Positions 25,553 through 38,700 of a DNA stretch of 64,000 nt are shown here, in pieces (the first letter of the stretch is position 1; every line of letters starts with the position of its first letter). The stretch comes from Azolla caroliniana (Eukaryota; Plantae; Polypodiophyta), in NCBI GenBank assembly GCA_043228905.1, contig JBHGNT010000002.1, positions 20,336,001 to 20,400,000 of the forward strand. The letters run 5' to 3'. The notes beneath the pieces were generated by a model that was not told the origin of the DNA, did no database searches, and saw nothing but the letters and a program-made list of their open reading frames with translations. Made by a program: the position numbers and the translations under genes.

Positions 25553-26285
25553 ATAATTTTCATGGAAAATGTTAAGTAGAGGCATTCACATAGATTTGGG
25601 TTTATCTACAAAGATGTTAATTCAATTACTGGAGGCTACTTGTGCCCGACTTTCTCGTGGATATGCAACCCTTGGTGCTCTCGAGAGACAATGTGCACAT
25701 TTGCAGTTCCAAGAGCCACGTACTATATGGTTATTTGATACACTTGTCACACCAACTCTTCTCTAAGGAGTAGAAACATGGGGACCGAGTCTTAACAAGG
25801 CAAATCATTGGAAAGATTTAGTGAGACCTTTAGTGTCCATGATTGCTCGCATGATAGGGAGCAAAGCATTGGTGCCCCATGATATAATCCGGGCAAAGAT
25901 GGGAGCAACACCTATAATAACCGAGGCATTGTTCCGATCAGTAACATTTATCCAACGTCTTTGGGAGCTCCCTAAACGAAGGTACCCAAGGTTGGCACTT
26001 ATGTCATCAAGACAACTGGCTGAAAATGGAGACACTCATTGTTGGTATGCTAAAATACAGCAATGGTTCAAGTCACATGGCATGAGTATAAATGCACTAC
26101 CCCCGTTCCAATATAGCTTGGACTGTCCCCATCTAAATATGACCAAAGTGGAAAAGAACAGAGTGATCCGAACTGATATTATTAACTTGGAAAACAAGAT
26201 AACATGGATCAGCCCCAAAATACCACTTGGTACAAAGATGGCCCATTATAAGGCACACTTCTTACATACATCGGAGGATGGATTC

Positions 26286-29200
26286 TGTTACACTTGCGTG
26301 TTCCTCTAGTAGCTTTGATGTGAACCATTTTCCCTATACATGGGCACTTTTTACTCTAGTGCTGGCTAGAGGTTTTTTCCCCATGTTACCACATACATGA
26401 GTCACTCATATGTGGTGGTACTTAGTACTTAGGGATATATATTTCAGCTCCTATTTTTTTTTTAGGAACATTCATCAATAGAGAGCTATTCCAGCCATTG
26501 CCTTCCTTGTGTGAGTGCTTCTTTCTTTGAGCTTCTTGTGTGTTTCCCACTCTTTCTCACATACCCAACAGTGGTATCAGAGCCAAGTTCTTCATCCTCT
26601 CCATCTTCGGTTGTCCGCATCGCGGTGTCGCGGCGCGCGCGCACTTTTCATTGTGCAAATCAACTTCCGAATATAGAGAAGTGTATTTCAGCACTTGGAG
26701 CGCATTTTCAGCAGGTACCCTGCTGTTTTACCCCCATTTCGAAGTCATTCGTGTAGTCGAAATCGTCATCCGAGTGATAGTTTGTGAGCTGCATTTTCAG
26801 CACTCATTTCCGATTTGTTGAGGTAATATTTTACCACTTTCTTGTTCTTTGGTAAAATGGCAAACAATGGTGATTTGTTTGGCATGCTTCAAGCTGAAGA
26901 TAAGCTTGATGGGACAAACTATCCAATGTGGTCCTACATGATGAAACACGTTCTTGTTGCCAAACAACTATGGAACATAGTGGTAGATGTAGATCGACGC
27001 CCCGCCGGTCCTACTACTTCACAGTCTACTATCACAGATACAGGTTCATCTTCGAGCACAGTGACTTCATCTACTCCACCAACACAAGAGCAACTTAGAT
27101 GGGATGGAAAAGATGCTCAAGCTCATGCATTGATTGCACTTTCTGTGAAGCGTCATATAGTTCCACATATTCGGTCATGCTCTACGTCCAAACAAGCATG
27201 GGACACTCTTGCTTCGTTGTATGCCGTGCATAACGAAGCACGTGTTGCATATTTGAGAAAGCAACTTGAGGATGTATATATGGCTGAAAATGAGTCGGTA
27301 GATGTGTATGTGACACGCATTAAAGATTTGAAAGAGCAATTGGCAAACATTGATGAGATCATTTCGAATACATCACTTGTCTCTACGTTGTTGAAAGGAT
27401 TACCCGAATCTTTTCAAAGCTTTGCTACTACTATTCGTTTGGTTGCAAAAGGGAATACGGATATGTACGCATTTGATGAGGTTGTGTCTCTTCTTTTGCA
27501 AGAAGAACAATCTAGAGTGAATAGAAGTGGTTTGATAGAGGGAACACAAGCACTTGCTATCTCACAAAAAGGAAAAGGCAAGCATGGTTCAGCTTTTGGT
27601 TCTTCAAAACCAAAGCCTCAACCTCCCTCTTTCACTTATTCCTCTAATGATGGTGATTTGCAAAAGAAGAAAAAATGCAAATATTGTCGAAAGGTTGGCC
27701 ATACGATTGAAGAATGTAGAAAGCTTGTTAAGCGCAATGAGAAGAAGAAGGAATCCGGCATGACCATTTCTGAAAATGTTTCAAGTGCAAAGAGTGATGA
27801 GGCCAACATGGCTCAAGATTATTGGGCATGTGTTGTTACATATCATTATGATGCATCATTGCACTCTAAATGTATGGTTGTAAGTGAGATTGATTCGGAT
27901 TGGTTCTTTGATAGTGGTGCTTCAAAGCACATTACTTCATGCAAAAGTTTTTTTGCATCCTTGAAAGATGCACCCAAAGGTGGACATGTGGTGTGTGCAA
28001 ACAATGCCTCTTATCCTATCATTGGAGTAGGAGAAATTGAGCTTTCGGCTGCAAATGGAGGTGTTGTCATCTTAAAGAATGTATTGTATGTGCCCGGTAT
28101 CAAGAAGAACTTAATTTCGGTTCCTTTGATTGCCAAAGCCGGACTTCATGTACATTTTGTTGATGATAAGTGCATGGTTCATGATTATAGCAATGGTGAT
28201 GTTATCGTGATGTCCGGTACATTATGCAATGGCTTGTACCGTTTAGATACATACAAGAGGGCTTCTCTAAATGCCTTGGCTGTACATACTTCTTCCATGG
28301 CTGAAATGGAGCTTTGGCATGCTCGTTTTGGTCACTTGAACTTCAATAGTTTGCTTCACTTGCAAAAGAAGGATATGGTTATTGGGTTGCCTACACTTGA
28401 GTCCATTGAAAAACATGCATGTGAAGGTTGCATTCTTGGAAAAATGCATCGTGCTTCTTTTCCAAAAGATAGTCATACACACACTACAAGAAAATTACAA
28501 CTTGTTCATAGTGATGTGTGTGGTCCTGTAAAGACTCCATCTTTTGGAAAGCATGTATATTTTGTTACCTTCATTGATGATGCTACTCGTCATACATGGG
28601 TGTATCCTATGAAAGCAAAGAATGAAGTCTTTTCTTGCTTCAAATCATTTTTAGCTATGGCTGAAAATTTTTCCGCAAATAAGCTCTTGACTCTACGCAC
28701 GGATCGTGGTGGCGAATATATGTCACATGAGTTTAATGCTTTTCTTTGTGAGAGAGGTATTTTACATCAATGTACGGTGCCATATACACCTCAACAAAAT
28801 GGTGTTGCAGAATGCAAAAATAGAACACTCTTAGAGATGGCACGATGTATGGTTAAAGGAAAGCATCTTCCTAACAAGTTTTGGATGGAAGCGGTTATGT
28901 GTGCAAATTATGTGTTGAATCGTTGCCCTACAAAAGCGTTGAGAGTCATTACGCCATATGAGGCTTGGAATGGACATAAACCTATGGTTAGTCATATGCG
29001 TGTGTTCGGTTGTTTGGCATATGCTCTTGTGCCATCACAACAACGTCACAAACTTGATGACAAGGCAAAGAAATGCATATTTGTTGGTTATAGTGCGGAA
29101 AGTAAGGGATATCGTTTGTATCATCCATTGACGGACACAATTATTGTGAGTCGAGATGTGGTATTTGCTGAAAATTCAGCTTTCCCTTTTCTTGAATGCA

Positions 29201-31458
29201 AAAAACAACCAACAGTTAGCTCACAAGATGTGTTTGATACACTCATGCCTTCGTTCCAAAGTGCTGCGCTTGACCATGGACATGTAGACCAGCCAAGTGA
29301 GTCTCAAAGGGATAAAAATTTCCAGCAAATAAGTGTTGAAAATGCACGAAATGTCCAACCAAATGTGGCTGAAAATGAGCATGAAATTCAGCCCACGCAT
29401 GATGTACATATTGAAGATGTATTACATAATGAACGTATGGCTATCGAGAGGTCACAAACTATGCCGAGGTGGCTGAAACAAACTTTGCAAGATAGCAAAT
29501 TGAGTGCACCTTTACTTGGTAAAACAAGATCAAGCTCTCGCCATGCATCAGGTAATTTTGTGGATTATTCTATTGTTGCAATAGCATGTAATGAGGAGCC
29601 ACTTACTTTTGAAGATGCATGTGATGATCCACATTGGATGAGTGCTATGCAATCAGAAATGGATTCCATTCATAAAAATGGTACTTGGGAGTTATGTGAA
29701 TTGCCAAAAGGAAAGAATGTGATTGGTACTAGGTGGGTTTACAAGATTAAACGAAAGCCCGATGGTAGTATTGATCGCTACAAAGCTAGATTGGTTGCCA
29801 AAGGATATGCCCAACAATATGGCATTGATTATGAGGAAACTTTTGCACCTACTTCACGCATGACTACCATTCGTACCGTGGTTGCATTGGCTGCCCAAAG
29901 AGGTTGGAAAATGCATCAATTGGACATAAAAACAGCCTTTTTAAATGGTGATTTGCAAGAAGAGGTTTATGTGAAGCAACCTCCTGGATTTGCTACGAAA
30001 GAGAAAGAGCATATGGTTTGTCGCTTGCATAAGGCCTTGTATGGTCTAAAGCAAGCTCCGCGTGCATGGTATGAAAAAATCCATAAGCACTTGATTTCTC
30101 TTAGCTTCACATGTAGTCCGATTGAAAGCACACTTTATGTACGCAAAGATGGGGCTGATCTTCTAGTGCTCGTTCTTTATGTTGATGACATACTCTTGAC
30201 TGGGTCATGTGATGCAAAACTCGATTTTCTTATGGCTGATTTGCAGCATACTTTTGAAGTCACTTATCTTGGTCTTTTGAGCTACTATCTTGGCATCCAG
30301 TTTGTATCCGTTGAGGGGGGAATGTTTATGCATCAAGGAAAGTATGTTGAAAAACTACTTCAGCGTTTTGACTTTGAGGATTGCAAACCGGTTTATACAC
30401 CTGTGGAGACAGGATTTAGGTTCTCTGTTGAGGATTCTAGTGATGCGTTTGATACTTCTCTTTATCAACAAGTTGTGGGATGTCTTATATATGCATGCAA
30501 TACAAGGCCGGATATACAGTATGCAGTCTCCCAATTGAGTCGATTCATGCATAGCCCTGGCACTAAGCATTGGCAAGCAGTGAAACGTGTGTTCAGATAT
30601 CTTAGAGGCACTTTGAGCTTGGGTCTCTTTTATGGCAGAGATACTCAGCCATGCTTGCATGCTTTTACAGATAGTGATTGGGCTGGTTGTTATGATACTC
30701 GCGTGTCCACTAGTGGTAATTGCTTTTTCTTTGGAAACTCATGTATATCTTGGTTGAGTAAAAAGCAACCTACAGTGGCGACATCAAGTTGTGAAGCTGA
30801 GTACAGGGCAGTTTTCACAGCTACAGTGGAGTGTATATGGCTAAGACGCCTTTTGATGGATCTTTGCATGGAGATTGAAGTTGCTACACGTATTCTCACA
30901 GATAGTCAGAGTGCATTGGCTGTTGCACGAAATCCTGTATTTCATGCACGGACCAAACACATTGAGGTGCATTATCACTATGTGAGAGAGCGCTTTCATG
31001 CAGGAGATATTGATTTGGTATATGTGCCTACACAAGATAACGTGGCAGACATATTCACCAAAGCTCTTCCACGAGAAAAGTTTGAAGCTTTTCGCAAAGC
31101 TTTAGGCTTATTGCCTTGTGGGGGCTGATCTGTCACTCCTTGTACATGTTCACATCATTCGCTCCAGGGGGGTTTGTTACACTTGCGTGTTCCTCTAGTA
31201 GCTTTGATGTGAACCATTTTCCCTATACATGGGCACTTTTTACTCTAGTGCTGGCTAGAGGTTTTTTCCCCATGTTACCACATACATGAGTCACTCATAT
31301 GTGGTGGTACTTAGTACTTAGGGATATATATTTCAGCTCCTATTTTTTTTTAGGAACATTCATCAATAGAGAGCTATTCCAGCCATTGCCTTCCTTGTGT
31401 GAGTGCTTCTTTCTTTGAGCTTCTTGTGTGTTTCCCACTCTTTCTCACATACCCAACA
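26286..31458 (+). mobile_element. Intact, very recent Ty1/Copia LTR retrotransposon
   Basis: LTRs 26286-26570 and 31175-31458 appear to differ only by one T in a homopolymer; TSD GATTC; PBS TGGTATCAGAGCC 26572-26584; PPT AGGGGGG 31166-31172. Confidence 0.97.
26857..31128 (+). CDS. Copia gag-pol polyprotein (Gag, Zn knuckle, PR, INT, RT, RNase H), uninterrupted
   Basis: Single ORF: CKYCRKVGHTIEEC, WFFDSGAS, HSDVCGP, TDRGGEY, YKARLVAKG, LYVDDIL, DSDWAG, TKHIEVHYH, ADIFTK. Confidence 0.96.
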   Translation: MANNGDLFGMLQAEDKLDGTNYPMWSYMMKHVLVAKQLWNIVVDVDRRPAGPTTSQSTITDTGSSSSTVTSSTPPTQEQLRWDGKDAQAHALIALSVKRHIVPHIRSCSTSKQAWDTLASLYAVHNEARVAYLRKQLEDVYMAENESVDVYVTRIKDLKEQLANIDEIISNTSLVSTLLKGLPESFQSFATTIRLVAKGNTDMYAFDEVVSLLLQEEQSRVNRSGLIEGTQALAISQKGKGKHGSAFGSSKPKPQPPSFTYSSNDGDLQKKKKCKYCRKVGHTIEECRKLVKRNEKKKESGMTISENVSSAKSDEANMAQDYWACVVTYHYDASLHSKCMVVSEIDSDWFFDSGASKHITSCKSFFASLKDAPKGGHVVCANNASYPIIGVGEIELSAANGGVVILKNVLYVPGIKKNLISVPLIAKAGLHVHFVDDKCMVHDYSNGDVIVMSGTLCNGLYRLDTYKRASLNALAVHTSSMAEMELWHARFGHLNFNSLLHLQKKDMVIGLPTLESIEKHACEGCILGKMHRASFPKDSHTHTTRKLQLVHSDVCGPVKTPSFGKHVYFVTFIDDATRHTWVYPMKAKNEVFSCFKSFLAMAENFSANKLLTLRTDRGGEYMSHEFNAFLCERGILHQCTVPYTPQQNGVAECKNRTLLEMARCMVKGKHLPNKFWMEAVMCANYVLNRCPTKALRVITPYEAWNGHKPMVSHMRVFGCLAYALVPSQQRHKLDDKAKKCIFVGYSAESKGYRLYHPLTDTIIVSRDVVFAENSAFPFLECKKQPTVSSQDVFDTLMPSFQSAALDHGHVDQPSESQRDKNFQQISVENARNVQPNVAENEHEIQPTHDVHIEDVLHNERMAIERSQTMPRWLKQTLQDSKLSAPLLGKTRSSSRHASGNFVDYSIVAIACNEEPLTFEDACDDPHWMSAMQSEMDSIHKNGTWELCELPKGKNVIGTRWVYKIKRKPDGSIDRYKARLVAKGYAQQYGIDYEETFAPTSRMTTIRTVVALAAQRGWKMHQLDIKTAFLNGDLQEEVYVKQPPGFATKEKEHMVCRLHKALYGLKQAPRAWYEKIHKHLISLSFTCSPIESTLYVRKDGADLLVLVLYVDDILLTGSCDAKLDFLMADLQHTFEVTYLGLLSYYLGIQFVSVEGGMFMHQGKYVEKLLQRFDFEDCKPVYTPVETGFRFSVEDSSDAFDTSLYQQVVGCLIYACNTRPDIQYAVSQLSRFMHSPGTKHWQAVKRVFRYLRGTLSLGLFYGRDTQPCLHAFTDSDWAGCYDTRVSTSGNCFFFGNSCISWLSKKQPTVATSSCEAEYRAVFTATVECIWLRRLLMDLCMEIEVATRILTDSQSALAVARNPVFHARTKHIEVHYHYVRERFHAGDIDLVYVPTQDNVADIFTKALPREKFEAFRKALGLLPCGG

Positions 31459-33236
31459 GATTCATCATCAAGCCACCTTATATGGACATACATCTATCCT
31501 ATGCATTGCGTAGTGTGATAGGGCAGCTGCGAACTTCATCACATCAACTAGAAATTGAGGTAGGTAGATGAAGAGAGAATTAGCCAATTGTGTCATCAAC
31601 AAGTGGAATAAGAGGAACACTATGTTTGTCATTGTAGTGTCTTTTATGAAATCAGAGGGAGATACCATTGCCTCTTTAGACAAGGCTTTGGCCCACTACG
31701 CAAGGTAATGGAATATGAGGACCAACGATGCCTAGGAATTTTCTTGCTAGAGCTCAAGAGACATCGAGAAAAGACGTTGAAGAATACATCCACAAAGAAC
31801 AATCACAACTTTCTTTAGCCCCATCACTCCTAATGCTACAAGTCAGTCATGGGATACACAAATGGGCTCAAGTCCAGGACATACCAAAGGGGTTACAATT
31901 GATCATGCAATAGCAATTTGTCGTGCACGTAGGCCCCAGCCCCATGGACCATGACCTCGACACCCTTGTCATCGACAGATGAAAAAAGCCATTATCTCCC
32001 GCCATCGTAGGTGCTTCCCTCACTTCAGAGACATTTCCATTCTGGATCGACCTATGCTAGAGATCTTTTGAAGACAAAAGCTACAATATACCTAACTTGA
32101 GAATCTCACATGTGCCAAAAACTAGATTCCCTTATTTCTTTTCTTTTCATCTTATTTACTTTTATATTTACTATATAATATTTATTTTATTTTGATTTGT
32201 TCTCAAAGACGATACAACACTTAAGATGTAATCTCTTATTTGGTCTTATAGGCCATTCTGGCCTCCTAAAAGACATTAATATATCTTTCTTTCTTTCTCC
32301 TATTTATCGTATATGTATACTCTCCAGAATAAATGAAAGGAGAATGTTCATTTTGCAATTAATTAGTAGAGGCATTTACATAGACAATGTCTCTCTTTAA
32401 TAGTAATTGAATTAATTATGAACTATAGTAGTTGAGGGTGCAATATCAAGTCAAACCCATCTAATTGCCCATTGTATCCCTTATCACTTAATGCCTCTAG
32501 ATGAACTTATTTGGTGGGTTCGACTCTCCAATTCGGCTCTTGAATCTGGCTTACTGATCCGACTCTCGGATTTTTTAGCCGATCTGGCCCATGTTGATCT
32601 TGATCGCTCAACTTGAGGTCGGTCCATCATGTCAGTATCCGTTGATCCTTGCCTTTGGCTTCTCTTGGTGTCCTCACGCCTTGCTCATGCTCTTCAACCT
32701 GTCTGGTCCCGCTTTCCACGACCCCTCTGGTTCCGCGCATGTCAACCTTCTCGGTTGGCTTGTTTGCTCACCAAGCCCATCTCAGCTCCTTCATTGATGT
32801 GACTTCGGCGCTTCTCGACCCGTCGGCTCCTCCGTGTCGGCGGGAACTGCTATCTTCTCGTTCGTTTGGCCTTCTCTTGATTCGGCTTGTTCGAATCGTC
32901 TGCCTTTGATTCGTTCCCACTCTTGTCTGAATTGGTTGTCTCCAATTTGTCTTCAATCTTCAAGCCCTTCACCATATCAGACCACGTTCAGGTCTTGGCC
33001 TTCATCTTGCGGTTGGCTCTGTCCTTCTTGACTCTGTAGCCGTTGCCTCTTGTTCCGACTTTATCGGATGTGCCGACTTCTTCAGTCGACTCAACTTCCT
33101 TTTTCTTCTTGTCTCCTCCAGTTTCGGTCTTTTCCTACGTTTGTCCGGAACAATACTAAGACAGAGAGGGAATTAGTACTAAGAGATGTGAATTAGTACT
33201 ATGAGAGAGAAAAGGGTGTAGAACTCATGAGAGAAG

Positions 33237-33268
<32 letters not shown>

Positions 33269-33572
33269 ATGATGATAACAAAAGATATATTATATTATAT
33301 GAAGAGTAAGTACAAGAATAACTATGAGGCTTAAGATTGGCGTTGAACCGATTTGGTTCGAAATAATGCTTTGTGCCTCCTTTTATAGTGTTCTCAAGAG
33401 TACTCCTGAAGTTTCTAGAATGTTCTAGAGAAATCTGGAATATACATCAATTTTCTATAGTAAAACTTAAATGAAAATAATATCCTTTGTATTACAATAT
33501 ATAGCCTAATAGTAAGAGTTCGACCCATGTAATATAAGGTCATGGGTTCGAGTCTCTCCCTTTTACACTATT

Positions 33573-33862
33573 TGTCGAATACAAGTGTATAATGGACATA
33601 TTCACACTATCCCTTTGTATAGATCAAGTTTGGGCCATTTGTGTAATTAGCATAAATGGTAGTTGCCCTAAGTCAGTCACTATATATAGTGACCTTGTAA
33701 CCTTTTTGTAAGGTTGGTTGTATTATTGTTTCTATTGAATAGAAAGTCTTTTGTGCCTCTCTCTCTCTCTGTCTGTCTCTGTGCACGATCTTGCAAACTG
33801 TCATACGCAGGTTTGATCTTTTGCTATTTGATCTTCCGCATTGACGACCTCTGTCTCCAACA
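33573..33862 (+). repeat. Solo LTR of the Copia family at 43076-48433, opposite orientation
   Basis: TGTCGAATAC...TCTCCAACA, similar to the reverse complement of 43076-43362; TSD CTATT/CTATC at the PPT/LTR junction of element A. Confidence 0.85.
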
Positions 33863-35743
33863 CTATCCCCCCTTTAAAACGACGAGTGTCACGATTAATT
33901 TTGGATTGAGGACCTGGTTTGTCTGGATATTGACGATGAAAGTCTTCAAGAAGAATAGGAGCATTGATCACATTCTCTATCAGTTCCCAAGTATGCTCAT
34001 TGGGACTATATCCTAGCCAATAGACTAAATAGTACAGCTTGTTGCGAACAATCTTGGAATCCAGGATGGCGAAAACCTCGTACTCAGGTCCATTTTCAAG
34101 TTCGATGAACTATGATAGGGTTCTTGGAGAGAACTATGAAACACCAGATGTATCTGAAGTTGCGGAGGTAGATCGAGATGAAAAGAGACATCATTAATTT
34201 TTCCGATAATACGGAAATGACCTAATCGCCAATAATCCAACTTCTAGCATGGGCGAGTAGTCTTGATGTGTCGTCGTAGTAGCCATACCCAATTGCCAAC
34301 GTTAAAATTGGATGGAAGCCGACGACAATCTATGTAAACCTTGTGTGTTTGTTGAGCGTGCTTTTGATGAATAGATAAATCCTCTTGTATCTTGTGTAAC
34401 CGCTCCAAACGATCCTCTGCGCAAGGATTTGTGGGTAACTCTGGAGTTTCAATTACACATCATCAGGGGTGATAGCCTGTATAAGCATAAAATGGTGTAA
34501 CCAGTGTTGATGAATGGATAGAGTTATTATACGCAAATTCGGCGGAGTGGAGAATATCTGCCTAGTCATCTTGATGATTGCTTAGAAAACATCGGAGATA
34601 CTACTCCAGCATTTGATTTGTTCGTTCTTCTTGGGTGCTAGCCAGAGGAGAGGCTACATGTGACCTTAACCATTTTAAAGAGGTGCTTCTAGAACTTTGA
34701 GACGAACTAGGGTCCATGGTCGTTGATGATACTATCGGGAAGGCCATGATGCCGACATACTTCACGCATGACAGTTTCAGCGGTATCTTCATTGGAGATT
34801 TCCTTAGTACATGGCAGGAAATGGGACATATTCATATATCGATCTACTACTGTTAAGATCGCATCGAATCCCTTAGAGACCGGAAGATCTGTGATGAAAT
34901 CTAGAGCAATGGATTGCCATCGCTTGCTTGGAATTGGTAATGGTTCTAATAAACCATATGGATGATGCCTTGGCATTTTTGCTCTCCAATATGTATCACA
35001 AGTCCAAACAAAATCTTCGACAATTTGTCGCATATGGGGCCACTAGAATGATTGTTGTACTAAATCTAATTTTTTAGTACTACCAAAATGCCTAGTTGTA
35101 TATGTGTCGTGATAGTTTTGGACTACTTGAAGGCAAAAGGCGACAAGTACCATTAGGAACATACAAGAGTTTCTTAAAGAATAGTAATCCATCATGACAT
35201 TCGAATTGTCGATAGTCCGTACCTGGTTGTTGCGACCGTGAACAAGATGCTCGAGAGGGATCAATTTGTGCTAGAATGGCTTGGGCGAAAGCATCTGTTG
35301 TAAAGTCCTCACGTATGGTATCGAACACGTGGGAATCCAAGGGCATAACGAAGACTTGCATTGCTTGCAGTGGTGTCGGTCCCAGGATTACTTGCTTTTG
35401 GTTATCGAAAATCGGCTCACCGGGACACAGTGCTGGATATGAGCGCCGTGATAATGCATCAACCTTCCCTTGTTGCTTCCCCAGACGATATGTAATTTTG
35501 AAGTCGAAACGAGTGAGGGATTGGGCCCACCGATCTTGACATTGATTTAACACACGAGCATTCTGAAAGTAGACAAGGTTGTTGTGATCATTGAATACAA
35601 TGACTTGATGAGAAGACCCCTCTATAAAATGCCTCCATTGCATAAAAGAGTCCACTATGACTAATAGCTCCTTATCATGAATTTCATAGTTGATTTCGGC
35701 GGCTTCAAACTTGCGTGAGTGGAAAGCCAAAAGATGTAGCTAT

Positions 35744-35745
<2 letters not shown>

Positions 35746-35789
<44 letters not shown>
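35746..35789. repeat. (GA)n microsatellite within LTR
   Basis: Visible; longer than in the sister LTR at ~40272-40289. Confidence 0.9.
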
Positions 35790-35792
<3 letters not shown>

Positions 35793-38700
35793 ATTGTAAA
35801 GATAATGTATTGCACTAGAAGATGGAATACAATAAACAACAAGGGAGCTCTAGAATGGCGTTGCACCAAATTGGTTCATCCCTTATTATCAGATGCATAT
35901 TTATAAGTCTTAATAGGGTATTCTAGAAAATCTTAGAATAAAGATTATGTTAGAATATTCTAGAACGTTCTAGACAATAGAGCACTCTCAAATATTCTAG
36001 AACATTCTAGAACATAGAGTAGTCTAGAATACTTTATGATATTCTATATAGTTTATAAATTCTTTACACATAAATATATCATTACAATGGTTAAGAACTC
36101 AACACGTATATAACAAGGTTGTGGGTTCGATTCCTTGTTAACCCAAATCGTATGGAAGCGTCATCATGACACTACCCCGCTTTCTTCGACGACCCGTATT
36201 ACGGGTGGTATGGGTTGAACTAGGACCTGGCTTATGAGGATATTGTCGATGAAATTCGGTGACCATGTCCATAGCATTTACAAGATTTGTTGCAGGTTCC
36301 CAAGTTTGATCATTGGGTGTATAACCTAACCAATCGACCACGTAATACAACTTGTTGCGCACGATCTTGGAATCGAGAATGGCAGCAACCTCAAATTTTG
36401 GTTCTTCCGAAAACTCTACAGGTGGTGGGGGAGTTGTAAGACAACCCAGAATTGAACTTGTGGTGTAAGGTTTGAGAAGGGAGACATGAAACACGGGGTG
36501 AAGATGCATGTGAGGAGGCAGGCTAAGATGAAATGCAACATTGCTTATCTTACTATTGATCTTGTACGGGCCAAACCGTTGGTAATCTAATTTACCACAA
36601 CGCCTAGTGGTCTTGATGTTGTGTTGTAGAAGCCATACACGATCCCCGACCTGAAACGTTTCTGAGGAGTTTAGGCGATGACGGTTCGCAATCCTCTTGT
36701 ATGTACTTTGAGCATCACGCAAATTGTGGAGAATGGTAGCGTGAATTTCTTGGAGACGACTGAGACGATCCGCAGCATTAGGGTTGATAGGAACTCCAGG
36801 GTGTTCTGTCATCGTCCTACGAGGATGAGAACCCGTATTTGTGAAAAATGGCGAATATCCTGTAGACGAATGGACTGAGTTGTTATAAGCGAATTCCGCC
36901 AAGTGTAGAAAATCAACCCAATCATCCTGTTCATAGTTGATGAAACAACGAAGATATTGCTCCAAAGTCTGGTTGGTATGCTCGGTTTAGCCATTAGTCT
37001 CTGGATGGTAGACCAAGGAAAGCTTAGCCGAAACTTGGAGAAGTTTTAACATGTGCTTCCAAAACTTTGAGATGAATTGTGGACCTCAATCACTAATAAT
37101 ATCGTCTGGGAGACCATGATGCTTGAACACCTCCCGTATAACTAGATCCACTGTCTCTTGACTAGTAATAGACTTTGTACATGGCAAAAAATGTGCCATT
37201 TTGGTAAGTCGATCGACCACGGTAAGAATGGTATCAAAACCCCTCGAAACTAGGAGATTGGTAATGAAATCCAAGGATATATATAGACTTCCAAGGATTT
37301 TCATGAATTGGAAGTGGTTGTAGTAACCCATATGATCGATGTCGAGGACCCTTTGATTGACAACATGTATCACAACTTCGGACATACTCCTCCACAAAAT
37401 GACGAAGTGGAGTCCACCAATATTGCCGAGAAACTAATGCTAGAGTTTTGGCGACTCCAAAATGTCCAACCATTGGTGTGTCATAACAATGTTGTAAGAC
37501 TTGCAAGCATGGGGGACCATCAGGAACATACAGTAGGTTTTGTCGAAATAGAAAACCACCATGCCAATAGAACTGCCTATAGTCAGTACGAGGGTTTTGC
37601 AACTTCGAGCAAGAAGCACGATCCGGGATGATATGATCCAAAACATCTTTCGCGAACACATCAGTAGCCATATGATCTTGAATGGAATCAAGAAGAGTGG
37701 AATCCCTGGGTGTGGTTATGGAATTAACTGCCATTAATCGTAGGCGATTTGGACCCAAAAGGATTTGTTTTTGATGCTCAAAAGTTGGTTCTCCTAGACG
37801 AAGTTCCATATAAGAGCGTCGAGAAAGAGCATCCGCTTTTCCTTACTGCATCCCTGGGCAATATATGATTACAAAGTCGAAGTGAGTCAAGAATTGCGCC
37901 CAACGAGCTTGTCGCCAACTTAAGACTCGAGAAATATGTTAGGTTCTTGTGATCATTGTAGACAATAATCTACTGAGAAGAACCTTCCAGAAAATGTCGC
38001 CATTGTTGAAAAGAATCCACAATTGTTAGAAGCTCTTTGTCATGGATCTCATAGTTAATCTCTACAGCTTCGAATTTTCGGAAATGAAAAGCAATAGGAT
38101 GTAGTTGCCCGTCATCTCCAGTTTGTGATAGAACAATTCCTAATGCAAAGTCGGATGCATCAGCTTCAAGGATGAAGCGTTTCTTGGGATTAACATGAGC
38201 CAAAATAGGCACTGTTGTAAATGCTCATTTTAAACTTTCGAACAGCTCAGTCGCCTCAGAATTCCATATGAATGGTTGATTTTTGTGTGTGAGTCGGGTG
38301 AGTAGAAGCACGACCTTGGAATGATTTTTAATGAATTTCCGATAAAAATTTGCAAACCCGAGAAAACATTGTACATCACAAACTGAAAATGGTGTTTGTC
38401 AATCTAAAATTGTTTGAACCTTCATTGGGTCCATAGAGATACCAGTTGATGATACAACATACCCCAAAAACTCCACTTGATTCTGGCTGAAACTGCACTT
38501 TTCTAATTTTGTATAGAGACCATATTCTCGTAGTTGACGTAATACCTGATGAACATGTTTATCATGCTCCTCTTTAGTCTTCGAGTAGATCAAAATGTCT
38601 TCTAGGTAAACTATAGTGAAGATATCGAGAAAATCTCGAAAAATATCATTCGCCATATGCTAGAACATTGTAGGCGCATTTGTGAGACCAAATGGCATCA

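Larger units (their letters stand above)
25630..32298 (+). mobile_element. Second 5'-truncated LINE of the same group, interrupted by the Copia at 26286-31458
   Basis: LFDTLVTPTLL.GVETWG ... TSEDGF|IIKPPYMD ... IGQLRTSSHQLEIEVGR ... EEHYVCHC; same (CTTT)n tail at 32285-32298. Confidence 0.8.

Noticed and set aside
33555-33567. Different terminal ~15 bp between element A's two LTRs, suggesting two separate elements
   Set aside because: The matching TSD (ACGTT/ACATT), colinear LTR bodies and a single continuous gag-pol support one element; local divergence is the simpler explanation.
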